Assembly (NCBI RefSeq): GCF_000014785.1
Contig: NC_008340.1
Span: 1,260,001-1,292,000 of the forward strand
DNA from: Alkalilimnicola ehrlichii MLHE-1
GTDB lineage: Bacteria; Pseudomonadota; Gammaproteobacteria; Nitrococcales; Halorhodospiraceae
Length of the DNA stretch: 32,000 nucleotides
Direction: 5' to 3'
The notes under the pieces are model-generated. The model saw only the letters and a program-made list of their open reading frames with translations, made no database searches and was not told the DNA's origin. Below, one piece after another: positions 1 to 8,145 of this stretch (position 1 is its first letter; every line of letters begins with the position of its first letter). The translations under genes were made by a program, and so were the position numbers.

Positions 1-369
1 GTGGATGATGGCCGGAAGAACCTCAGTTTCTGCTCCACCACAGACCTGTTTGCCTGGGTGATGCAGGCGGAGAATGCTGGCCGTGTTCGCCAGGCGTACG
101 TGCATGACCTGGGGGAGACCGACTGGGAGCAGCCGGACGACACGGCGTTGATCGTGGCCGATAAGGCGCTGTACGTCATGGGGGATCGCAGGATGGGGGC
201 CATGGGGCCGACCCTCATCCCGTACGCCAGCGAACAGAAAGCCGAGCGCCACGCCCAGTCGCTTGAGAAGGGCCAGGTGCTCACCTATGAGGAGATCGAC
301 TGGGATGTCCTCAACGCTGTCACTCAATCAATGCTGGACAGCCCGGAAAGGCCCGAATATAGGCGGTGA
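1..369 (+). CDS. NosL family (nitrous oxide reductase accessory / copper chaperone-like) protein, C-terminal part, 5' truncated by window edge
   Basis: Open frame from base 1 to TGA at 367-369. The translation DDGRKNLSFCSTTDLFAWVMQ...YVHDLGETDWEQPDDTALIVADKALYVMGDRRMGAMGPTLIPYAS...GQVLTYEEI resembles the NosL C-terminal half (YV.D...TDW, YVVGSD.RGPMG, PFAS, VL.FDEI). Confidence 0.7.
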   Translation: MDDGRKNLSFCSTTDLFAWVMQAENAGRVRQAYVHDLGETDWEQPDDTALIVADKALYVMGDRRMGAMGPTLIPYASEQKAERHAQSLEKGQVLTYEEIDWDVLNAVTQSMLDSPERPEYRR

Positions 370-428
370 CCCCAAACCCGCGGTGGGTGATCCCGCGGTT
401 TTTCAGAAACTGGTACGAGGATATTCCG

Positions 429-803
429 ATGAAGAGTTATTCTTTGCCCCTGGTGGTGACTTTGGCACTGCTCGTATGGTCCGTGGCGGGGCTGGCCCAG
501 GATGTTGAGCGATCTGAAGTCTACCCGGTGAACGGGATTTTTGTCTCCTATGATGAGGCGGATCATGAAATTGTGGTGATTCATGAGGAGGTGCCCCAGG
601 TCATGCGGGCCATGCGCATGATGCTCCGCCTGCCGGAAGGCGAGCCGGCCCCGCAATTCACCCACGGTGACAAAATTCGTTTTGGGATGCAGCGGCGTGC
701 CGTTCAGGGCCACCAATGGTTCGCAATGGACCTCGAACCGTTACCGGAAGAGACCGCGCTGGTGCTGCCGGAGAAGGCGCTGGAACGCGAGGGGCTGAAA
801 TAA
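429..803 (+). CDS. Putative periplasmic CusF-like (Cu/Ag-binding OB-fold) protein with signal peptide
   Basis: Start ATG at 429 with an aggat-like RBS. N-terminus MKSYSLPLVVTLALLVWSVAGLAQ looks like a signal peptide. The body NGIFVSYDEADHEIVVIHEEVPQVMRAMRMMLRL...FTHGDKIRFGMQRR resembles the CusF core. Upstream in-frame GTG at 366 is less likely. Confidence 0.5.
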   Translation: MKSYSLPLVVTLALLVWSVAGLAQDVERSEVYPVNGIFVSYDEADHEIVVIHEEVPQVMRAMRMMLRLPEGEPAPQFTHGDKIRFGMQRRAVQGHQWFAMDLEPLPEETALVLPEKALEREGLK

Positions 804-861
804 AAAACAAGAAAGTTCCTGAGGGGCCGGCGTTGGGCTGAGCCTCTGACTTCCTCCGTGT

Positions 862-894
862 ACCCCGGGTCGGCTTGTCCATCCGGGGTTTTTT
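862..894 (+). terminator. Rho-independent terminator downstream of the NosL/CusF-like genes
   Basis: ACCCCGG (862-868) / CCGGGGT (883-889) stem followed by a T run 889-894. Confidence 0.55.
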
Positions 895-920
895 CTGTCT
901 GCCGGCTGGTGCGTCCCGGG

Positions 921-2930
921 CTAGCCGCCGGCCCCGTCGCCTCTATCCGGGCCCCGGGGCAGGCGCTCGCGGGGCAGGTGGCAAAGCACCCGGTGTCCCG
1001 GCGCCGGCCCGTGGTCCGGCGGCGGCGAGTGCGCGCAAATCGGCAGTACGTAGGGGCAACGGGTGTGGAAGGGGCACCCCTCGGGACGCCCCGCCGGGCC
1101 CGGGTTGTGGCCCGGCAGGCGGACCGGCGGGCGCCAGGCCCGGCCCGGATCCGGCGTGGCGGCCAGCAGGGCCGCGGTGTAGGGGTGGCCGGGGCCTGCA
1201 AAGACCGCCTCCACCGGGCCCTCCTCGACCACCTCGCCCAGGTACATCACCGCCACCCGGTCGGCCAGATAGCGCACCACCGCCAGGTCGTGGGAGATGA
1301 ACAGGTAGGCCGCGCCGGTCTCCGCCTGCAGGCGCAAGAGCAGTTCTAGGATGGCGGCCTGAACCGAAACGTCCAGGGCCGAGGTGGGCTCGTCCAGCAC
1401 CACCAGCTCCGGGGCACCGGCAAAGGCCCGGGCGATGGCGGCCCGTTGCCGCTGGCCGCCGGAGAGCTGCCCCGGGCGCCTTGCGCCCAACTCGCCGCTC
1501 AGTGCCACGCTGCCGAGCAGGGCAAGGGCCCGCTCGCGGGCCTGTTTTCGGCGCAGTCCACCCAGGGTGCGCGCCGCGCGCTGGAGCATGCTGGCGAGCC
1601 GGTGGCTGGGGTTGAGGGTGTCGTCCGGTGACTGGAACACCATCTGCAGACGGCGTAGGGTTCGTCCGCTGCGGCGGCGGAGGCGGCCGGCCAGGGGCTT
1701 GCCCTGAAGCTCCAAGGTACCTGCCGTGGCGGGCTTGAGCCCGGTGACGGCCCGGGCCAGGGTGGTCTTGCCGCTGCCGGACTCACCGACTAGCGCCAGG
1801 GTCTGCCCGCCGCCCAGGGTTAGTGAGACCTCCCGCAGCACCCGGACCCGGCCGTAATCGACGTTGAGGCCCTCGATCTTTAGGGCCGGGGGCCGGCCGT
1901 CGTCGGGCGTGGCGTCGGGCCGGGGCGCGGCGCGACTCGGGCGGACCGCCTGACCGGCGAGGTCCGGGAGCAGGCACCGGCTCTGCTGACTGGGCGCCAC
2001 CGTGGCCAGCGGCACCGGGGCCGCTGTGCACTGGGGGGTGGCGATGGGACAGCGGGGCGCGAATACGCAGCCACCGGGCAGCGCGGACAGCTCCGGCGGG
2101 GTGCCGGGAATGGTGGCCAGCCCGCCGCGCCGCTTATCGCTGTCCAGGTTGGGGATGCACCGGCGCAGGGCCGCGGTATAGGGGTGCATGGGCTGCTCCA
2201 GCAGCGCTTGCGCCGGTCCCCGTTCCACCACCTCGCCGGCATACATGACCGCCAACTCGTCGCAGACCTGCCGCAGTACCGCCAGGTCGTGGCTGATGAA
2301 GAGCATGGCGGCACTGACCGTCCGGCGCAGCTCCGCGAACAGGGCGAGGATCTCCGCCTGCACGGTGGCGTCCAGGGCGGTGGTGGGTTCGTCCAGGATC
2401 AGAACCGCCGGGTCGGGCGCCAGGGCCATGGCGATCACCACCCGCTGCTGCATGCCACCGGAGAGTTCGTGCGGGTAGCGGTGTAGCAAGGCCTGCGGGG
2501 CCGGGATCTGCACCTTGCGCAGCATCTCGACCGTGGCATTACGGGCCGCGGCCCGGCCCATGCCGAAGTGCAGCCGGCAGACCTCGGCGATCTGTTCGCC
2601 CACCGGAATGGCGGGATTCAGGGCCGCCGCCGGCTGCTGGTAGACCGCGGCCACTTGGCGGCCACGCAGCCGCCGCAGCGCTTCAGGGGAGAGCCGCGCC
2701 AGGCTCTGGCCGGCGATACGGACCTCGCCCTGCTCGATGCGGGCGTTGCCCGGCAGGTAGCCGAGCGCGGCCATGGCCAGGGTGGACTTGCCGCAGCCGG
2801 ACTCGCCGGCAATCCCCAGCGTCCGCCCGGGGGCGAGGCTCAACGAGACGTTGCGCACGGCGGGCAGGCGCTGGCCCCGGCGGCGGTAACTCAGGGTAAG
2901 GGCGTCGATCTCCAGCGCCGGTGTGCGCAT
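921..2930 (-). CDS. Peptide/nickel-type ABC transporter, fused double ATP-binding subunit (DppD-DppF/YejF-like)
   Basis: Two complete ABC domains in one ORF: GESGCGKST...LSGGMQQRV...LILDEPTTALD and GESGSGKTT...LSGGQRQR...LVVLDEPTSALD, plus oligopeptide-transporter C-terminal Cys motifs (GCVFAPRCP, GCPFHTRCPY). Start at MRTPALEI (2930) overlaps the upstream stop. Confidence 0.9.
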   Translation of the reverse strand: MRTPALEIDALTLSYRRRGQRLPAVRNVSLSLAPGRTLGIAGESGCGKSTLAMAALGYLPGNARIEQGEVRIAGQSLARLSPEALRRLRGRQVAAVYQQPAAALNPAIPVGEQIAEVCRLHFGMGRAAARNATVEMLRKVQIPAPQALLHRYPHELSGGMQQRVVIAMALAPDPAVLILDEPTTALDATVQAEILALFAELRRTVSAAMLFISHDLAVLRQVCDELAVMYAGEVVERGPAQALLEQPMHPYTAALRRCIPNLDSDKRRGGLATIPGTPPELSALPGGCVFAPRCPIATPQCTAAPVPLATVAPSQQSRCLLPDLAGQAVRPSRAAPRPDATPDDGRPPALKIEGLNVDYGRVRVLREVSLTLGGGQTLALVGESGSGKTTLARAVTGLKPATAGTLELQGKPLAGRLRRRSGRTLRRLQMVFQSPDDTLNPSHRLASMLQRAARTLGGLRRKQARERALALLGSVALSGELGARRPGQLSGGQRQRAAIARAFAGAPELVVLDEPTSALDVSVQAAILELLLRLQAETGAAYLFISHDLAVVRYLADRVAVMYLGEVVEEGPVEAVFAGPGHPYTAALLAATPDPGRAWRPPVRLPGHNPGPAGRPEGCPFHTRCPYVLPICAHSPPPDHGPAPGHRVLCHLPRERLPRGPDRGDGAGG

Positions 2931-3727
2931 CAGCCCTCCCGCTCCTGGAGTCCGTCGGCCATGAGCGAGAAGCCGACCACCACGAAGCCGATGGCGGCGG
3001 CGGGGAACAGCACCGTCCACGGGGCCTCGGTAAGTAGGGCGCGGTTCTCGCTGATCATCACCCCCCAGTCCGGGGCCGGGGGCTGCACCCCCATCCCCAG
3101 AAAGCCGAGGGTGGCGGAGGTGAACACCGCATAACCCACCCGGATAACCGCTTCCACCATCAGTGGGCCGCGGATGTTGGGCAACACCTCGCCGATCAGG
3201 ATGTAGAGCCCCGACTCGCCCCGCAGCCGCGCCGCCTGCACGTACTCCCGCTCCACCTCCACCAGGGCGGCGGCCCGCGCCGTGCGGGCGATCAACGGCG
3301 CGAACACCAGGCCGATCACCACGATGACATTGACGGTGGAGGGCCCCAGGGCGGCCAGTGCCAGCAGCGCCAGTACGATGAGGGGAAAGGCCATGATGGC
3401 GTCCATCAACCGCATCAGGCCCTCGTCCCGCCAGCCGCCCAGGTAGGCCGCCAGCAACCCGATGGCGGTGCCCAGCGCCAGGCCCAGGACGGTGGCCGCC
3501 GGGGCGATGGCCAACACGTGCAGTCCGCCGTGCAGCACGCGGCTGAACATGTCGCGGCCGTAGTTATCGGTGCCGAACCAGTACTGGGCCGAGGGCGGCT
3601 GCTCCATGGCGTCAAAGGCGATGTCCAGCGGGTCGGCCGGGGCCAGCCAGGGGGCGAACAGGGCGCTGAACACCCAGGCGCTGACCATGGCCAGGCCCAC
3701 CCAGAAGGTCGCCGGCAGACGGCCCAT
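2930..3727 (-). CDS. Peptide/nickel-type ABC transporter permease (DppC/YejE-like)
   Basis: MGRLPATFWVG... multi-TM protein with FGTDNYGRDMFSRVLHGG and the binding-protein-dependent transport loop; TGA overlaps the ATG of the downstream ATPase gene. Confidence 0.88.
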   Translation of the reverse strand: MGRLPATFWVGLAMVSAWVFSALFAPWLAPADPLDIAFDAMEQPPSAQYWFGTDNYGRDMFSRVLHGGLHVLAIAPAATVLGLALGTAIGLLAAYLGGWRDEGLMRLMDAIMAFPLIVLALLALAALGPSTVNVIVVIGLVFAPLIARTARAAALVEVEREYVQAARLRGESGLYILIGEVLPNIRGPLMVEAVIRVGYAVFTSATLGFLGMGVQPPAPDWGVMISENRALLTEAPWTVLFPAAAIGFVVVGFSLMADGLQEREG

Positions 3728-3728
3728 T

Positions 3729-4685
3729 TCAGCGCCCCCCCATGCCGCGGCGGACCTTGGGGTTGAGCGCGGCATAGACCAGATCGGCGAGCATGTTGGC
3801 CAGCGCGTAGACCAGGGTGATGAGCAGGGCGCAGCCGGCCAGCAGGGGGATGTCCTTGTCCAGGGCCGCGCCGTGGATCAGGCCGCCGATGCCGGGATAG
3901 CGGAACAGCGACTCCACCACCACCAGGCCACCCACCAGCCAGCCCACCTGGGCGCCGATGACCGTGACCGTGGGCAGCAGGGCGTTGCGCAACACGTGCC
4001 GGCGGATGACCACCCCGGGCGGGAGGCCCTTGAGGACGGCGGTGCGCGTGTAGTCCGCCCGCAACTCGGTGATCATGCCGTCCCGCGCCATGCGGAACAG
4101 ATAGGCGAAGAGCAACAGCGCCAGCGACAGGGCCGGCATGAGCAGGTGGCGCAGGGTCTCCGGCAGTCCGCTGCCCTCCGGCGGCAGGGCCTGGACCGGC
4201 AGCCAGCCCAGCATCACCCCGAAGACCATGATCAGCAGCACCCCGGTGACGAACTCGGGCATGGCGCTGAGCACCAGGGCGGTGATCGAACCGGTGCGGT
4301 CCAGCCAGCCGCCGGCACGGCGGCCGGCGACCACCGCCGCCGCCAGGGCCGTGGGGATGAGCAGCGCCAGGGCGAGGCCGGCGAGCAGCAGCGAGCGGCC
4401 CAGCCGCTCCAGCGCCAGCGGCAGCACCGGGGCCTCCAGGGTGTAGGAGTGCCCCCAGTCGCCGCGCAGCACGCCGCCGACCCAGTCCAGGTAGCGCTGC
4501 ACCACCGGTTGGTCCAGGCCCAGCTCGCGGTTCACCTGGGCCACCGCCGCCTCGTCGGCAAAGGGGCCGAGCATGATCCGGCCCACGTCGCCCGGCAGCA
4601 CAGTGGTCAGGGCGAACACCAGCAGCGAGGCCACCACCAGGGTGAGCCCGAGCATCAACAGGCGCCGAAGCGTATAACGCAGCAC
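3729..4685 (-). CDS. Peptide/nickel-type ABC transporter permease (DppB-like)
   Basis: MLRYTLRRLLMLGLTLVVASLLVFALTTVLPGD...LGLDQPVVQRYLDWVGGVLRGDWGHS...RNALLPTVTVIGAQVGWLVGGLVVVESLFRYPGIG is a canonical DppB-type permease. Confidence 0.9.
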   Translation of the reverse strand: MLRYTLRRLLMLGLTLVVASLLVFALTTVLPGDVGRIMLGPFADEAAVAQVNRELGLDQPVVQRYLDWVGGVLRGDWGHSYTLEAPVLPLALERLGRSLLLAGLALALLIPTALAAAVVAGRRAGGWLDRTGSITALVLSAMPEFVTGVLLIMVFGVMLGWLPVQALPPEGSGLPETLRHLLMPALSLALLLFAYLFRMARDGMITELRADYTRTAVLKGLPPGVVIRRHVLRNALLPTVTVIGAQVGWLVGGLVVVESLFRYPGIGGLIHGAALDKDIPLLAGCALLITLVYALANMLADLVYAALNPKVRRGMGGR

Positions 4686-4705
4686 GCTGGAAGGTGCCTC
4701 GCCGC

Positions 4706-6277
4706 CTAGGCCAGCCAGGCCCGGGTCAGGTCCAGGTAGTTGGCATTGTCCGCGCGGAGACCCTGCACCCGCCGACGCACCGGGCGCAGGGCCTGGGTGA
4801 AGTAAGTGATGGCCGCCGGCACCTCCTCGTGCAGCTTCCCGGCCAGGGTGGCCGTGAGCTGCCGGCGGCGCGCCGGATCGGTGGCCGCCTCCAGCTCGCT
4901 AAGGGCGGCGTCGAACTCATCATCGCGCCAATGGGGGGCGTTCCAGTCGGCGCCCCCCCGGAAGGCCGCCGCCAGGATCTGCTCCGGAACCGCCCGGCCC
5001 ACCCAGTCGGTGAGGCCGAAGTTCACCTTGGTCCAGTGTTCGTAGTAGGTGTTCAGTGGTTCCACCCGCAGGTTCACGCGGATCCCGATCGGGTTCAGCA
5101 TGCGTTCGACCAGGACGCCGTACTGCGGCAGTTCGGCCAGGCGACCGATGTGGAGGTCGATCTGGAAGCCATTGGGCACGCCGGCCTCGGCCAGCAGCGC
5201 CTGCGCCCGTTCCAGGTCGGGCTCGCGCCGGGCCAGGTCGATATCGGCCGCGTCCGGGTAGAGGGGCGCCACCGGGTGGTCGTTGCCCGGTTCGCCGTAG
5301 CCGCCAATGAGGTTGTTCACCATGGACTCCCGGCCCAGGGCCAGGGCCACGGCGCGGCGGAGGCGGACGTCCTCGAAAGGGGGCTGGTCGCAGCGCATGG
5401 CCAGTTGGCGGTGCTGGGTGCTGCGGGCGCTGAGCAGGTTGATCTCCTCGTTGTCCAGCAGCGGGCGGGCGTTCATATAGCTGGCGAACAGCATCATGTC
5501 GGCGGCGTTGCCGCGCAGGGCCAGCACCTGGGGCTGATCACCGTCGTACATCGCCATGCGCACCCGGTCCAGGTAGGGCCGTGGCGCGTCCCAATAGTCG
5601 GGGTTGCGCTCCAGCACGGCCTCTTCGCGGGCCTGGTAGTGGGTCAGTAGGAAGGGCCCGGTGCCGACGGGGTTACTGGCGAGATCGCCGTCGTGGTCGC
5701 GGGGAAGGATCACGGCGTTGTAGATCTGGGTGTAGTAGGGGAACGCGCCGATGGGCCGCGATAACTCGAAGCGGACGGTGTGCCGGTCGTCGGCGCTGAT
5801 GCCCTCGGGCGGCAGAAAGTCCAACTGTGAGCGGGCCACACTGGCGACGTCCGGATCCACCAGGCGCCGGAAGCTGGCCACCACGTCGTCGGCCTCCAGC
5901 GGCCGGCCGTCGTTGAACTTCACCCCCTCGCGCAGGCGGAACACCCAGGTCCGCCCCTCGTCGGGCGTCTCCCAGTCCGTGGCCAGGGCCGGCTGCAGGT
6001 TCAGGTGCTCGTCCACGCGCACCAGGTATTCGGCCACCTGCTGCACCACGGCGATGGCACCGCCGGCGCTCATGCGCAGCGGATTGATGGTGGCGGCCTG
6101 GGGCAGGGCCACTCGCAGGGTCCCCCCGTGGCGGGGTTCGCCGGCCAGGGCGCCGGGTGCGGTCAGCCAGGGGAGCCCGCCGAGCCCGGCAGCGGCCCCG
6201 CCGATGCCCAGCGTCTGGAGCAATCGCCGGCGGCGCAGGTCGATGGTGGATAACGCAGTGGCCGGTTTGCGTCGCAT
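4706..6277 (-). CDS. ABC transporter substrate-binding protein, family 5 (peptide/nickel), with twin-arginine-like signal
   Basis: N-terminus MRRKPATALSTIDLRRRRLLQTLGIGGAAAGLGGLPW; GGTLRVALPQ..., W.FRLREGVKFNDGRPLEADDVVASF, NPVGTGPFLL, NPDYW. The upstream ATG at 6304 is also possible. Confidence 0.88.
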   Translation of the reverse strand: MRRKPATALSTIDLRRRRLLQTLGIGGAAAGLGGLPWLTAPGALAGEPRHGGTLRVALPQAATINPLRMSAGGAIAVVQQVAEYLVRVDEHLNLQPALATDWETPDEGRTWVFRLREGVKFNDGRPLEADDVVASFRRLVDPDVASVARSQLDFLPPEGISADDRHTVRFELSRPIGAFPYYTQIYNAVILPRDHDGDLASNPVGTGPFLLTHYQAREEAVLERNPDYWDAPRPYLDRVRMAMYDGDQPQVLALRGNAADMMLFASYMNARPLLDNEEINLLSARSTQHRQLAMRCDQPPFEDVRLRRAVALALGRESMVNNLIGGYGEPGNDHPVAPLYPDAADIDLARREPDLERAQALLAEAGVPNGFQIDLHIGRLAELPQYGVLVERMLNPIGIRVNLRVEPLNTYYEHWTKVNFGLTDWVGRAVPEQILAAAFRGGADWNAPHWRDDEFDAALSELEAATDPARRRQLTATLAGKLHEEVPAAITYFTQALRPVRRRVQGLRADNANYLDLTRAWLA

Positions 6278-6449
6278 AACTCTCTCCCCCTTGCCGGAAA
6301 ACATCGGCCGGTTGGCGTCAGGACCACACGGCTACCCAGAAAGATGAACCGCCCCGGGCCGATAAGCAATGCAGAGCAGCCGGATCAGGCCTTGATGGGG
6401 TCCAATAGACGGGGGCACGGCCGCCGGGGTTGGGCCCGGGTTGGGAAGC

Positions 6450-6482
6450 AAAAAGGCCCCGGTGACGCGCACCGGGGCCTTT
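6450..6482 (-). terminator. Rho-independent terminator for the aminotransferase gene
   Basis: 13-bp perfect stem AAAGGCCCCGGTG (6452-6464) / CACCGGGGCCTTT (6470-6482). On the minus strand it ends in TTTTT. Confidence 0.75.
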
Positions 6483-6552
6483 CGCTGAACCGCACCGGCC
6501 GAAAGCCGGCACTGCGCCCTGGCCATGGGCGCTTGTCGGAAGCCCGACCGCC

Positions 6553-7731
6553 TCAGCCCAGCGCCTTGGCGATCCGCTCCATGGCCTTCTCCAGGTTCTC
6601 CATGCTGGTGGCGAAGGAGATCCGGGCATAGCCCTCGAGACCGAAAGCGGAGCCGGGCACCAGGGCCACACCCTGCTCCAGCAGGAACCCGGCCAGTTCC
6701 ACGTCATTGCCGACGCCGTCCAGCTTGTCGATGGCACCCTGCATATTGGGGAAGCAGTAGAAGGTGCCCTCGCAGGGGCGGCACTCGACGCCGTCGATCT
6801 TGTTCAGGGCGTCCACCACGAAGTCGTGGCGCTTCTTAAATTGCTCCAGCATGGGCGGGATGCAGCCCTGATCACCGTCCAGCGCCGCCACCGACGCGGC
6901 CTGGGAGACCGAGGCCGGGTTGGAGGTCGATTGGGACTGGATCTTCTTCATGGCGCCGATCAGCGCCTCGGGGCCCGCGGCATAACCGACCCGCCAGCCG
7001 GTCATGGCGTAGGCCTTGGACACCCCGTTGACCACCACGGTGCGGTCCTTCAGCTCCGGGCAGGCGTTGACGATGTTGACGAACTCACCCTCGAACAGGA
7101 TGTGCTCGTAGATATCGTCGGTGACCACCACGATCTGCGGATGCTTCTTCAACACCTCGCCCAGCGCGGCCAGCTCGGCCTTGCTGTAGGCGGAACCGGT
7201 GGGATTGGACGGACTGTTGATCACGAACAGCCGGGTGCGGTCAGTGATCGCGCCCTCCAGCTGCTCGGGGGTGATCTTGAACCCCTGCTCCTGACCGGCC
7301 TCGATGATCACCGGCTCGGCGTCGGCCAGCTTGGCCATGTCCGGGTAGGACACCCAGTAGGGCGCCGGGATGATCACCTCGTCGCCCTCGTTGAGCAGGG
7401 CGCACATCAGGTTGTACAGCGAGTGCTTGGCGCCGGAGGAGACCAGCACCTGCTTGCCATCGTAGTCCAGGCCGTTCTCGCGCTTGAACTTATTGATCAC
7501 GGCCTTCTTCAGCGCCGGAGTGCCGTCGACGGGGGTGTAGCGGGTCTCACCCTCGTTGATCGCCGTTATGGCTGCGTCTCTGATATGCTCAGGCGTGTCG
7601 AAATCAGGCTCGCCGGCCCCCAGGCCGATGATGTCCTTGCCCGCGGCGCGCAGTTCCGCCGCCTTGGCGGTCACCGCCAGAGTGGGAGAGGGCTTCACAC
7701 GTTGAACCCGATTCGCCAGTTTGATATCCAA
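6553..7731 (-). CDS. Pyridoxal phosphate-dependent class I aminotransferase (aspartate or aspartate/prephenate aminotransferase type)
   Basis: MDIKLANRVQRVKPSPTLAVTAKAAELRAAGKDIIGLGAGEPDFDTP...INSPSNPTGSAYS...VVNGVSKAYAMTGWRVGYAAG (PLP-lysine motif). Confidence 0.92.
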   Translation of the reverse strand: MDIKLANRVQRVKPSPTLAVTAKAAELRAAGKDIIGLGAGEPDFDTPEHIRDAAITAINEGETRYTPVDGTPALKKAVINKFKRENGLDYDGKQVLVSSGAKHSLYNLMCALLNEGDEVIIPAPYWVSYPDMAKLADAEPVIIEAGQEQGFKITPEQLEGAITDRTRLFVINSPSNPTGSAYSKAELAALGEVLKKHPQIVVVTDDIYEHILFEGEFVNIVNACPELKDRTVVVNGVSKAYAMTGWRVGYAAGPEALIGAMKKIQSQSTSNPASVSQAASVAALDGDQGCIPPMLEQFKKRHDFVVDALNKIDGVECRPCEGTFYCFPNMQGAIDKLDGVGNDVELAGFLLEQGVALVPGSAFGLEGYARISFATSMENLEKAMERIAKALG

Positions 7732-7899
7732 AGTTGCCTCCGTTTCTCGCTGAGTCTTAGCCGCGTAATTCTAACCGCTCGCGCCCGATCGTGCACATCG
7801 ATGGCGGGGTAACCGTCAATGCGGGAGGTTTGTCGCCTGAACAACGAGGCTCATCGGGGGTCAGAGCCCGAACAGGAGAACACGGTAGAATCTGTCGTA

Positions 7900-8104
7900 G
7901 CGACTTGGGGTGTCGGGCGGGGGTGGTGTCCTTCAGGGCGACTTTGCGCACCGAGCAACGCAGCAAAAAGTCGGAGAAAAGGCGCGCCTGTCCGAGCGAA
8001 GCGAGTTCGCGCCGCCGACTTTTTGTGAGTAGCGCAGGGAACCCCGAAGGGGTGCGCAAGTGGAGCCCTGAAGGACATCACCCCCGCCCGACACCCCAAG
8101 TCGC
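7900..8104. repeat. Large nested inverted repeat (possible intergenic repeat/MITE-like element)
   Basis: Outer arms 7900-7939 (GCGACTTGGGGTGTCGGGCGGGGGTGGTGTCCTTCAGGGC) and 8065-8104 (reverse complement, 39/40 identical). Inner arms are TTGCGCACC 7944-7952 / GGTGCGCAA 8051-8059 and CAAAAAGTCGG 7964-7974 / CCGACTTTTTG 8015-8025, plus a local hairpin ACCCC-GAA-GGGGT 8041-8053. Confidence 0.85.
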
Positions 8105-8145
8105 CCTGAACGAAGCCCCAGGCCACACAGGCAGTGCTGACGATT

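Noticed and set aside
3570-4709. 379-aa plus-strand ORF opposite the ABC permease genes
   Set aside because: Shadow ORF with Gln/His-rich low-complexity sequence; permease genes are well supported.
4694-6347. Long plus-strand ORFs opposite the substrate-binding protein gene
   Set aside because: Overlap a protein with clear family 5 SBP motifs and a signal sequence; no independent support.
8041-8053. ACCCC-GAA-GGGGT as an independent terminator
   Set aside because: Short stem with no T run; better explained as part of the larger nested repeat.
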